Shown in pieces: positions 40,841 to 50,200 of a stretch of 64,000 bases of DNA. Location of the stretch: the NCBI GenBank assembly GCA_038213805.1, contig JBBQSO010000001.1, positions 32,001-96,000 on the forward strand, written 5' to 3'. A program made the position numbers and the translations under genes. The first letter of the stretch is position 1, and each line of letters begins with the position of its first letter. Under the pieces are notes generated by a model. The model saw only the letters and a list, made by a program, of their open reading frames with translations. It was not told where the DNA came from and did no database searches. This stretch comes from Planctomycetota bacterium (GTDB taxonomy: Bacteria; Planctomycetota; UBA11346).

Positions 40841-41814
40841 TCCGCGTCGTCCGCCTGGTCGCGCTGGCGCTCGGCACATGCGCGCTCGCACCCGCCCTGG
40901 AGATCGGCTCTTGGGACTTCGAACGCGCCGAGGATGCGCACGCCTGGCGTGGACTGGGCGGCCCCAATGTCGCGATCGTCGCCGAGGACGGCGGCAACGT
41001 CCTGGCCATCGCAAACCGCGACAACCGCCACACCGTGATGGTGAGCTGCCAGATCGCACTCGATCCCGCGTGGCGGCGCCTGACGGTGGCGACGCGCATG
41101 CGCGCATCCGGACTGGTGCTGGGCTCGGAAAGCTGGCAGGATGCGCGGCTGGCGGTCGAGTTCCATGGTGCGGATGGGCGCCTGATCGGCTATGGCGCGC
41201 CGGCGCACCTACGCGGCGATGCGCCGTGGACACCGCTGCGCAGCGAGATGGAGATCCCCGCCGACGCGACGACCGTGGAGCTGGTGGCAGCGAACTTCGC
41301 CCGCGCCGGCGCATGCGCCTTCGACGACATCCGCGTGAACGCCGACGCGCAGCGCGAACTCGCTGCCTCCGCCACCTACCGCGCCGATTTCGCCACGCTC
41401 GACCGCGACGGCCTGCCGCTCGGCTGGTGCCTCAGCAGCGCGCACCTGCGCGTCGTTGCCGGCGCGCTGGCGCTCGATGCCGCTGCAGGCGCGGTGGAGG
41501 CGCGCGCGCTGATCGCCGTGGACCCCGCTTGGCGGCGCATGCGCATCGCCTGCCGCCTGAGCGCGCACGGGCTGGTGGTCGGCGCGGACCCATCCAGCAC
41601 CGCCCGCCTGGACATCGACCCCCTCGATGCCGAGGGCCACCCATCCCCGCAACCGCACCCGGTGCCGTCCCTGGCGCGCGATGCCGAGTGGCACCAGCAG
41701 GCTGTGGATGTCGACCTGCCCGCAGGTACGCGTTGGCTGCTGCTGCGGCCGAACAACAGCGGACTCGCCGGAGTCTTCCTCCTCGACGATATCACCTGTT
41801 CACCACGCGAGTGA
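40837..41814 (+). CDS. Secreted protein with two tandem galactose-binding-like (CBM-type) domains
   Basis: GTGA overlap; signal peptide; internal duplication (I.(L/V)DPAWRR...R..A.GLV.G....ARL...W....P......FDDI/LDDI). Confidence 0.75.
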   Translation: MIRVVRLVALALGTCALAPALEIGSWDFERAEDAHAWRGLGGPNVAIVAEDGGNVLAIANRDNRHTVMVSCQIALDPAWRRLTVATRMRASGLVLGSESWQDARLAVEFHGADGRLIGYGAPAHLRGDAPWTPLRSEMEIPADATTVELVAANFARAGACAFDDIRVNADAQRELAASATYRADFATLDRDGLPLGWCLSSAHLRVVAGALALDAAAGAVEARALIAVDPAWRRMRIACRLSAHGLVVGADPSSTARLDIDPLDAEGHPSPQPHPVPSLARDAEWHQQAVDVDLPAGTRWLLLRPNNSGLAGVFLLDDITCSPRE

Positions 41815-41932
41815 TGGTCAGGTGACGGCTCGTCGGCGGATCCGCGAGCCAGCGATCTGGCGATTGGTACGCTGACCGGCACCCGGCCGGCCGTACCCAG
41901 ACCAGCTGCGCCCTGGCTCAGACTGGCACCCA

Positions 41933-42256
41933 CTATTTCTTGCCAGTCTTCCCGTTTCGCCTGATCACCAGCGCGCTGGCGTCGCCGTTCTTGACCGTGT
42001 ACGTGAGCTTGTCACCGACCTTGAGGTCGCTGAGGGACGATGGCTGCTTGTCGATGCTGATGAAGGTGCCTGCGGGCACCTTGGCCGTCACCGCGCCGCC
42101 CGTGGCGTCCGTGATGGTGATGGTCAGCTTTGCAGTGTCGATGGCGGTGATCTCGCCCGTGGCCGCCTTGGCCTTGGGCTCGGCCGCCCATGACTGACCG
42201 AACAGTGCGATGCAGGCGAGCAGGAGGAGCGGGAAGACCTGACGGATGGCGGGCAT
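41933..42256 (-). CDS. Small secreted OB-fold-like protein
   Basis: Signal peptide; GEITAIDTAKLTITI...SLSDLKVGDKLTYT pattern. Confidence 0.75.
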   Translation of the reverse strand: MPAIRQVFPLLLLACIALFGQSWAAEPKAKAATGEITAIDTAKLTITITDATGGAVTAKVPAGTFISIDKQPSSLSDLKVGDKLTYTVKNGDASALVIRRNGKTGKK

Positions 42257-42502
42257 CGGTGATTCCGGGAACGGGTGCGTGGGAGTGAGGGAAGCTGCCC
42301 ATCTGTGATCGCGGCAGACTCCTACTCATGCCCGACGCGCAAGGCTCTGCGGCCAGCGTGTCACACCACGATCTGCAACGCGTCCCCATTCCAACCCGCA
42401 CCACCATGGGTTGGGACCGCCACCGTCCAGACCGGAAACACACTTAAGCACCTGGAGGACCCGCATATCCCACGGTCATCTCGTCCCGTTTCCGCTGTCG
42501 CG

Positions 42503-43762
42503 TCAAGCCCGCCACGCCAGCGCCAGATCCATGACATTGGTATTGGTCGGCCCGGTCACCACCAGATCGCCAGCAGCCTGCAAGGCGGGATAGGCGTCGT
42601 GTCGCCGCAAAGCCCGTTCGGGATCGACCCCGCGCGCGGCAATGCGCGCCCAGCTGCTGGAATCGACCAAACCGCCCGCGGCATCGGTCGGGCCGTCATT
42701 CCCGTCAGTGCCGGCGGCAAGCAGCGTCACGGGCGCGCCGGTGCGGGCGAGCCAGCGCGCGGCGGCCAGCGCGAACTCCTGGTTGCGGCCGCCGCGACCC
42801 GGGTCGTCGCCCAGGGTCACCGTGGTCTCGCCGCCGGCGGCGATGAGCGTGCCGGGTGGCGCCGCGGCCGCCTGCGCACAAAAGCGCTCCGCTGCCTGCC
42901 AGGCCTCACCGGCGAGCGGCGCCGCGACGACGTCGGCGCCGATCGCGTCCAGAGCCAGACGATTGGAAGCGATGACGGCGTTGTGCACGCGCGTGAAGAG
43001 CGCGTCATCAGCCTTTGGGGTCCAGGACAGGTCCGCGGCCAGCGCGGTCAGCACGGCAGCCGGAATCCGCGTGGGGTCGAGGTGGCGGAGCAGCACCGCA
43101 CGCGCCTCGGCATCGGTCGATGGATCGGGGGCGGTCGGGCCGCTGCCGATCACCGCCAGGTCGTCACCCGGCACGTCGGACAGTGCCAGCGTCAGCACCC
43201 GCGCCGGCGCGCAGGCCAGGGCCAAGCGTCCGCCCTTGAGGCGCGAGAGGTGCTTGCGCACGGTGTTCAGCGCCTGGATGTCGGCGCCGCTGGCGAGCAG
43301 CTGACGCGTCACCTCCTGCTTATCAGCGAGCGTCAGCGGCGCGCGCGGCGCGGGCAGCAGCGCCGAGGCACCGCCCGACAGGCAGCAGATCACCAGATCC
43401 TCGGGTCCCAGACCGCGCACTGCCGCTTCGATGGCCGTCGCGCCAGCGACGCCGTCGGCGTCCGGCACGGGATGCCCGGCCTCGCGCAGCACGATGCGGG
43501 TCAGCGGCGCGCCGTGCCCGTGCTTGACCACGATCACTCCGCGCGTGATGCGCGCGCCAACCAACGCCTCGACCGCCTGCGCCATCGGCGCCGACGCCTT
43601 GCCCGCGCCGATCACCACCACCTGCCCACGGACCTCGTGCCGCCACGCGCCGCAGCGCAACTCGCGACCATCCCAGGCAAGGTGCGCGCGCACCGCCGCC
43701 GCCGGTTCGACCGCAGCCAGCGCGGCGCGGAAACGCTGCACAAGGTGGTCGCGTGGGTCCAT
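42503..43762 (-). CDS. Glycerate 2-kinase (MOFRL/DUF4147, TtuD-like)
   Basis: IGAGKASAPMA, EAGHPVPD, LSGGASALL, LNTVRKHLSRLKGGRLA, IGSGPT, GGETTV, GGRNQE, GTDGNDG, TGPTNTNVMD. Confidence 0.95.
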   Translation of the reverse strand: MDPRDHLVQRFRAALAAVEPAAAVRAHLAWDGRELRCGAWRHEVRGQVVVIGAGKASAPMAQAVEALVGARITRGVIVVKHGHGAPLTRIVLREAGHPVPDADGVAGATAIEAAVRGLGPEDLVICCLSGGASALLPAPRAPLTLADKQEVTRQLLASGADIQALNTVRKHLSRLKGGRLALACAPARVLTLALSDVPGDDLAVIGSGPTAPDPSTDAEARAVLLRHLDPTRIPAAVLTALAADLSWTPKADDALFTRVHNAVIASNRLALDAIGADVVAAPLAGEAWQAAERFCAQAAAAPPGTLIAAGGETTVTLGDDPGRGGRNQEFALAAARWLARTGAPVTLLAAGTDGNDGPTDAAGGLVDSSSWARIAARGVDPERALRRHDAYPALQAAGDLVVTGPTNTNVMDLALAWRA

Positions 43763-43834
43763 TCCAGAGCTCCAGGGCGGGGATCCTGCCGCTCGCCGGC
43801 CTTCAAGCCAGCGATCAGCATCCTACCGCTGATG

Positions 43835-43944
43835 GAACCGCCAAGACGCCAAGGCCGAAGAGCGGGCGACGCCGCGACACGTGCGGAGTTGGCGCCGCCC
43901 GCATCCCGTGCCCCGACCTTGGCGTCTGGGCGTCTGGGCGGTTC
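43835..43944. repeat. Imperfect REP-like inverted repeat inside an operon spacer
   Basis: Left arm gaaccgccaagacgccaagg; right arm ccttggcgtctgggcgtctgggcggttc containing a duplicated 8-mer ggcgtctg. Confidence 0.7.
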
Positions 43945-43993
43945 TCTTCCGCTGTCCGAAGTCCACCGCCTCCTCAGACATAGCCCGCTGGGA

Positions 43994-44989
43994 TCACACC
44001 ACCGCTGGCTGCCGCTTCGCGCTCTCAACCATCGCATGGATCGGACGCAGCAGGTCGATCTCCCATTCCGGGCGGCGCGGGCAGCTGGCGTGGACGTGCG
44101 CGTCGGCCATGCGGCCGGCCAGCATCAGGTAGATCGCGGCGCTGTGCTTGTAGGCGGGCACGGGGTCGCGGAAGCCGACCATGCCCAGCCACTGCAGCGC
44201 GTCGTTGAGCTGGTAGAAGCGCGCGTCGCCGTCCCGCCACCAGCGATCGCGCAGGGCGAAGGCCTCGGGGTCGTAGGTCGACAGGCCGAGCAGGTAGTCC
44301 GACCCGTACTGCACCAGGTCGATGGCGAGGTCGTTGCCAGTCAGCACCAGCCAGTCCGGACGCGCGCGGTCGCGCAGCGCCAGGCGTTGCAGTTCGAGCC
44401 GGCGGTCGAGCGACGAATGCTTGGCGCCCTTCAGCTGTGGGATGTCGAGCAGGCGCGCGTAGGTGTCAAGGTCGTAGATCGCCCCGAAGGGCGCGAACAT
44501 CCGCCCGAGCTCGAAGGCGAAGGCACGTGGCGCCGGCGCGGTGATCGCCTGGTACGCGGCAGCGAGCTCCGCGCCACCGAGCGCGGTCAGCCACGGGCTT
44601 TGGAAGACGATCGGCGTGGCGCCGTGGTCGAGGATGTCGCGCACCGCCGCCTGATAGTTGGCGAGCGCGTCGCCCGGACCGCCGAAGGCCGCCGCGCCGG
44701 CGATCAGCGGCGCCGTCGCGCCGAGCTGGCGGCGCGCGAAGGCCAGCACCTCGCGGCGCTGCGCCGGTGTCAGCTGCGGCCCGAAGCCGGTGTCCATGTT
44801 GAGCGCCGGCTCAAGCCCGCTGGCGGCGGTCAGCGCCACATGGCGACCGAAGTCGTCCCAGTTGATGCGGCCATCGGCGTCGAAAGGCAGCAGCACCGCG
44901 GTCGAGCCATAGATGGTGCGGCGTGGGCAGATGCGCGCGGTGAATTCGTCTGTGGTCTGCGGCAGGGCGGCTGGGGCGGAGCGGTCCAT
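43994..44989 (-). CDS. DHDPS/N-acetylneuraminate lyase-like class I aldolase or dehydratase
   Basis: AVLLPF...INWDDF, PALNMDTGFG, Schiff-base Lys in LKGAKHSSL, LTGNDLAID, YLLGLST. Confidence 0.85.
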   Translation of the reverse strand: MDRSAPAALPQTTDEFTARICPRRTIYGSTAVLLPFDADGRINWDDFGRHVALTAASGLEPALNMDTGFGPQLTPAQRREVLAFARRQLGATAPLIAGAAAFGGPGDALANYQAAVRDILDHGATPIVFQSPWLTALGGAELAAAYQAITAPAPRAFAFELGRMFAPFGAIYDLDTYARLLDIPQLKGAKHSSLDRRLELQRLALRDRARPDWLVLTGNDLAIDLVQYGSDYLLGLSTYDPEAFALRDRWWRDGDARFYQLNDALQWLGMVGFRDPVPAYKHSAAIYLMLAGRMADAHVHASCPRRPEWEIDLLRPIHAMVESAKRQPAVV

Positions 44990-45009
44990 GGGTGCCTCGG
45001 GCAGGATGG

Positions 45010-45843
45010 TCAGACGTGGTCGCGGTAGGCGGCGATGATGCGCTCCAGCCAGGCCTGCTGATCGCCAGCCCAGTGGCGCGCAGAGAAGATCTCGACCTCG
45101 ATATCCCCGGAAAAGCCGGCGGCCTCGATGCGTGCGCGGATTGCGGGGATGTCGATGCAACCTTCGCCCATCAGGCCGCGGTCGTTCAGAACATCGTCCT
45201 GCTGCACCTTCCAGTCGCAGACGTGGAAGGCATGGAGCAGGCCGAGCCGACCGGCGCGCTCCAGCTCGTCGTCAAGGGCATCGTCCCACCACACGTGGTA
45301 GACGTCGACCGCGATACCGACGTCGGTGCGCCCGGTGGGGTTCAGCTGCTCGCAGAGGCGCCGCGCCTGCGCCAGGGTGGTGACGGCCGAGCGGTCCGCG
45401 GCGTACTGCGGATGCAGCGGCTCGATGGCCAGGCGCACGCCGGCGGCGCGCGCATGCGGCAGCACCGCGGCGATGCCGTCGGCGATGTGGCGGCGCGCCT
45501 CGGCGAGCGGCAGACCGGGAACCGCGCCGCACACCAGCACCACATGCGGCGCGCCGATCGCGGCGGCCTGGTCGATGGCGGCGCGGTTGTCGTCGATAGC
45601 GTGCTGCCGCCCGGCGGCGTCCACCGCGGGGAAGAACCCGCCGCGGCAGAGGCTGGTCACGCGCAGGCCCGACGCCTTCAGCGCGGCCATGCCGGGCGCG
45701 TCGAGATGCTGACGCCACACGCTGATCGCCGGCACGCCGGCGCGCTCATAGGCGGCGACCGCCTGGGCCAGCGACCACGGTTTCGTGGTCATGGTGTGCA
45801 CGCACAGCCGGCGCGGATCCGGCGCGGGCAGCGGGCGCGTCAC
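45010..45843 (-). CDS. Sugar phosphate isomerase/epimerase (AP endonuclease 2 TIM barrel)
   Basis: [52 protein letters not shown] overlap with the upstream gene. Confidence 0.92.
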   Translation of the reverse strand: MTRPLPAPDPRRLCVHTMTTKPWSLAQAVAAYERAGVPAISVWRQHLDAPGMAALKASGLRVTSLCRGGFFPAVDAAGRQHAIDDNRAAIDQAAAIGAPHVVLVCGAVPGLPLAEARRHIADGIAAVLPHARAAGVRLAIEPLHPQYAADRSAVTTLAQARRLCEQLNPTGRTDVGIAVDVYHVWWDDALDDELERAGRLGLLHAFHVCDWKVQQDDVLNDRGLMGEGCIDIPAIRARIEAAGFSGDIEVEIFSARHWAGDQQAWLERIIAAYRDHV

Positions 45844-47003
45844 AGCGGCTCCAGGTCGACCCAGCGGCGCTCGCGCCACGAGCGCAGGCCGGCTTCAGCG
45901 AGCTGCACGCCCCTGGCGCCTTCGCGCAGCGTCCAGCGGAAGGGCTCGCCGAGCGCGACGTGGCGCAGGAACAGCTCCCACTGGATCTTGAAGGCGTTGT
46001 CGTAGGTGGTGGCGTCGGGCACCTCGGTCCAACGGTCGAAATGGTTGAGTGGGCTGTCGATGTCCGGGTTCCACACCGGGCGCGGCGTGGCGGCGGCGTG
46101 CTGCGCCCAGCACTTGCGCAGCCCGGCCACCGCCGTGCCATGGGTGCCGTCGACCTGTACGGTGAGCAGGTCGTCGCGCCGCACGCGCACGTCCCACGAA
46201 CTGTTGAACTGGCAGATCACGCCGTTGTCGAGCTGGAAGGTCGCGTACGCGCTGTCGTCAGCGGTGCACGCATAGGGCTTGCCGTCCTCGCCGATGCGCT
46301 CGGGCAGGTGGGTGGCGCCCAGGCAGCTGACCCCGGTGACATTGCCGAACAGGTTGTCGATCATGTAACGCCAGTGGCAGAGCATGTCGATGATGATGCC
46401 GCCGCCGTCCTCCTTGCGGTAGTTCCAGCTCGGCCGCTGCGCCGGCTGGTCGCCGACGTGGCCGGTGAATACCCAGTAGCCGAACTCGCCGCGCACCGAG
46501 AGGATGCGCCCGAAGAAGCCCTGCTCCTTGAGCATCTGCAGCTTGCGCATGCCGGGCAGCCACAGCTTGTCCTGGACCACACCGTTCTTCACCCCGGCGC
46601 GCTCGCAGACCGTGGCCAGGCGCAGCGCCTCGGCGGTGGTGACCGCGGTCGGCTTCTCGCAGTAGATGGCCTTGCCCGCCGCTGCAGCGCGCTCGACGAA
46701 ACCGGCGCGCTGCAGGGTGCCACTCGAATCGAAGAAGACCGCGTAGCGCGGATCGGCCAGGACCCTGTCCAGGTCGGTGCTGTAGGTCAGCGTGTGGCCC
46801 GCGCCCGCGTAGCGCTCGCACAGTGCCTGCAGGCGCGGTGCGCTGCGCCCGGTGAGGATCGGATCCGGCATCAGGGTGAGGTCGTCGCTGACGCGGATGC
46901 CCCCCTGCTGCATGATCGCCAGGATCGAGCGCACCAGGTGCTGGTTGGTACCCATGCGCCCGGTGACGCCGTTGAGGATGATGCCGATGGGACGGATGGT
47001 CAT
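45840..47003 (-). CDS. Gfo/Idh/MocA family oxidoreductase
   Basis: [39 protein letters not shown]. Confidence 0.93.
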   Translation of the reverse strand: MTIRPIGIILNGVTGRMGTNQHLVRSILAIMQQGGIRVSDDLTLMPDPILTGRSAPRLQALCERYAGAGHTLTYSTDLDRVLADPRYAVFFDSSGTLQRAGFVERAAAAGKAIYCEKPTAVTTAEALRLATVCERAGVKNGVVQDKLWLPGMRKLQMLKEQGFFGRILSVRGEFGYWVFTGHVGDQPAQRPSWNYRKEDGGGIIIDMLCHWRYMIDNLFGNVTGVSCLGATHLPERIGEDGKPYACTADDSAYATFQLDNGVICQFNSSWDVRVRRDDLLTVQVDGTHGTAVAGLRKCWAQHAAATPRPVWNPDIDSPLNHFDRWTEVPDATTYDNAFKIQWELFLRHVALGEPFRWTLREGARGVQLAEAGLRSWRERRWVDLEPL

Positions 47004-47036
47004 GCGCGGTCCGCGGGGGTGGCTGGGCACAGATTA

Positions 47037-47048
47037 ATCATATATGAT
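47037..47048. promoter_or_regulatory. Perfect palindrome ATCATATATGAT, putative GntR/FadR-type operator
   Basis: 12-bp AT-rich palindrome about 35 nt upstream of the oxidoreductase start, in the divergent promoter region. Confidence 0.6.
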
Positions 47049-47283
47049 ATATTTCAAGGGAGAGCCGTACGGGGTGCGACGGAGCGTTTCCGGGCTTGCG
47101 CCAGCAGCTCGCCGGGTCCCGACGCAAATCCGCATCTCATGTGCGCAAATCAGCAGCAACAGAGCGCAAACAGCAAAACGACGTCCCCGCCAACCCGTAC
47201 CATCTCGCGCCATGCCCTCCCCCGCTCCGTCGAAGCCGCGCCCCCTTGCTGGACCACCCGCAACGCCATGTGGTAGCCTGGGC

Positions 47284-50200
47284 ATGATGCGTGTCCCTCT
47301 CCTCCGCTGGCGCGTCGTCGCCAGCCGCCTCGCGCTGCTCCTGCCGCTGCTCGCCCTGGCCCTGCCGGCGCGCGCCGCGGACAGCGCCGCCGACCTGGAA
47401 TTCTTCGAAGCCAAGGTGCGCCCGATCCTTGCCGGCAGCTGCTACAAGTGCCACTCCCAGAAGTCCGAGAAGCTCAAGGGCGGCCTCTACGTCGACACCC
47501 GCGCGGGCCTGATCACCGGGGGCGATACCGCCCCGGCCATCGTCCCCGGCAACCCCGCGAAGAGTCTGCTGATCGAGGCGGTCGCCTACACCAACCCCGA
47601 CCTGCAGATGCCGCCGAAGACCCGGCTGTCGGCGCAGCAGATCGCCGATCTCACCGCCTGGGTCCAGCGCGGCGCGCCGTGGCCGGTCGAGGCCGCCCCG
47701 ACGACCACCGATGCCAGCCTCAAGAAGCCCTTCGACCTCGCGGGCCGCAGAAAGGGGTGGTGGGCGTGGCAGCCGATCGCGGCCCCCACCCCGCCAGCCG
47801 TGGGCGACGCGGCGTGGTGCCACGGCGACATCGACCGCTTCATCCTCGCCAAGCTGCAGGAGGAGCACCTGCAGCCCGCGCCGGCCGCCGACCGCCGCAC
47901 CCTGATCCGCCGCCTGTCCTTCGATCTCATCGGCCTGCCGCCCACGCCGACCGAGGTCGAGGCCTTCGTCGCCGATGCCAGCCCACATGCGGTCGAGGGC
48001 GTGGTCGACCGCCTGCTCGCCTCGCCGCGCTTCGGCGAACGCTGGGGCCGGCACTGGCTCGATCTGGTGCGCTACGCCGAGTCGCGCGGGCACGAGTTCG
48101 ACTACGCCATCCCGAACGCCTGGCAGTACCGCGACTACGTGATCCGCGCCTTCAACGCCGATCTGCCCTACGACCGCTTCGTGACCGAGCAGATCGCCGG
48201 CGACCTGCTGCCGCAACCGCGCACCAACCCCGGCGCGGGCTTCAACGAGTCGGTGCTCGGCACCGGCTTCTGGCTGCTCGGCGAGGGCGTGCACTCGCCG
48301 GTCGACATCCGCCAGGACCAGGCCGACCGCGTCGACAACATGATCGATGTGCTGGGCAAGACCTTCATGGGCCTGACCATTGCCTGCGCGCGCTGCCACG
48401 ATCACAAATTCGACGCCATCGCCGCCAAGGACTACTACGCACTCGCCGGTATGATCGAGAGCAGCACCTACCGCCAGGTGCGCTTCGAGACCGACCTGCC
48501 GCACCGCGCCATCGCCGCTCAGCTGCAGCGCCTGCGCGGTGAGCATGGCCCGGCGATCGCCAAGGCCTTCGCCGACGGCTGCAGGCCGGTGCTCGACCGG
48601 CTCGACACCTATCTGCTCACCGCGCGCGATGCGCTGCGCAGCGCCACCCCGGCCGCCCCAGGCGCCGACGAGGTCTTCGCTGATTTCGAGTCCGGCACCT
48701 ACACGGGTTGGACGGCCACCGGCACCGCCTTCGGCGCCGGCCCGCGCACACTCGAAACCATCTCGCCGATCCAGGGCCGCATCAACGGCGTCGGCCGCTA
48801 TTTCGTCAACACCTACTGCCACGAGACAAACGGCGACGACGCCACCGGCACGCTGACCTCGCGGACCTTCACCATCAGCAAGCCCTGGCTGAACCTGCTG
48901 GTCGGCGGCGGCGATTATGCCGGCCAGACCTGCGTCGACCTGATAATCGACGGCGCGCGCGTGCTCACCGCCACCGGCCGGCGCAACAACCAGATGTTCC
49001 CGGTCGCCTGGGATCTGCGCCCCTTCCTGGGCCGCACGGCTGCCATCCGCATCGTCGATGAGCGCACCGGTGCGTGGGGCAACATCGGCGTCGACCACCT
49101 CGTGTTCAGCGCCGCGCCCGCCGATGCCGTCGCCGTTGCTGCGCACGTCTCGCCGACGGATGATCCGGCGCAGAGCGCGCGCATCGCCGCACTCGCCCGC
49201 GAGCGTGGACTGGACGCGCCCACGCTGCTCGCCTGGGTCTCGCACCTGGCCGCGGTCGCCGACCAGCCTGGCGAACCGTTCAGCGCCTGGGCCCGCTGTG
49301 CCCTCGATCCCGCCCTGAAACCCGACGAACTCTTCGCTGCTCCGCCGCCGCCGGCCGCCGCGGCACCGGCGCTGATCGACTATGCCGATCTGGGCGCGGA
49401 GGACTGGCTGCCGGACGGCGTCGCCTTCGGCAGCGGCCCGCTGCGCGCTGGCGAGGTCCGCCTGGGCGGCGATCCGCTGCAGCCGCTGGCCACCGTGGCG
49501 GCATACTCCATGGCCGCGGCGGATCCGGTCTGGCAGGGTCTGAAGCGAGCCCCGGACGCCGCCAACGACCCCGTCGGCCTCGATTACGACCGCGCGGGGC
49601 GCACCCTGACGACGCGCTCGTTCGTTATCGACGCCGACCGCGTGCACGTGCTGCTGCGCGGCATCGCGCACGTCTATGCCCCGGTCGGCCAGCACGCCCT
49701 GGTCTATGGCCCGTTGCACGGGGCGCTGGTTCAGCGCGTGGACACCCACGGGGCGTTCGCTTGGACCACCCTGGACCTGGCCGCCTACCGTGGCCTGCGC
49801 ACGCACCTCGAGTTCACCGCTGAGAGCGGCGACTTCGCGGTCGTGCGCGTGGTGGTGGCCGACCACGCGCCCGCGCCGCCGGCCGCCGGGGGCCGGGCAC
49901 TGGCGGCCGCGCTGGCCGGCGCGCACGGCGATCCCGCGGCGCTCACCGCGGCCTACCGCCAGGTCTTCGCCGCGCTCGCCACGCGCCTGGGAACGGGCAG
50001 CCTCGCCGGCAGCCCCGATGCCGAAGATCTCGCGCCGCTCGCCGACTGGCTGGTGCGGCACGCGCCGCTGTTCGGCCAGGGCCGCACACCGCTCGCCGCC
50101 GCGCAACCCTTCCAGGCCGCACAGCAGAAGCTGCTGGCGGGCGTGCGTATGGAATCGCACCTCGCGCTGGCGCTGATGGATGGCAATGGCACGGACGGCT

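Noticed and set aside
47137..50160. 1007-aa minus-strand ORF, and similar long shadows such as 10696-13125, 4427-6268 and 54076-56175
   Set aside because: All overlap motif-supported genes on the opposite strand and have low-information Arg/Gly/Ala-rich translations.
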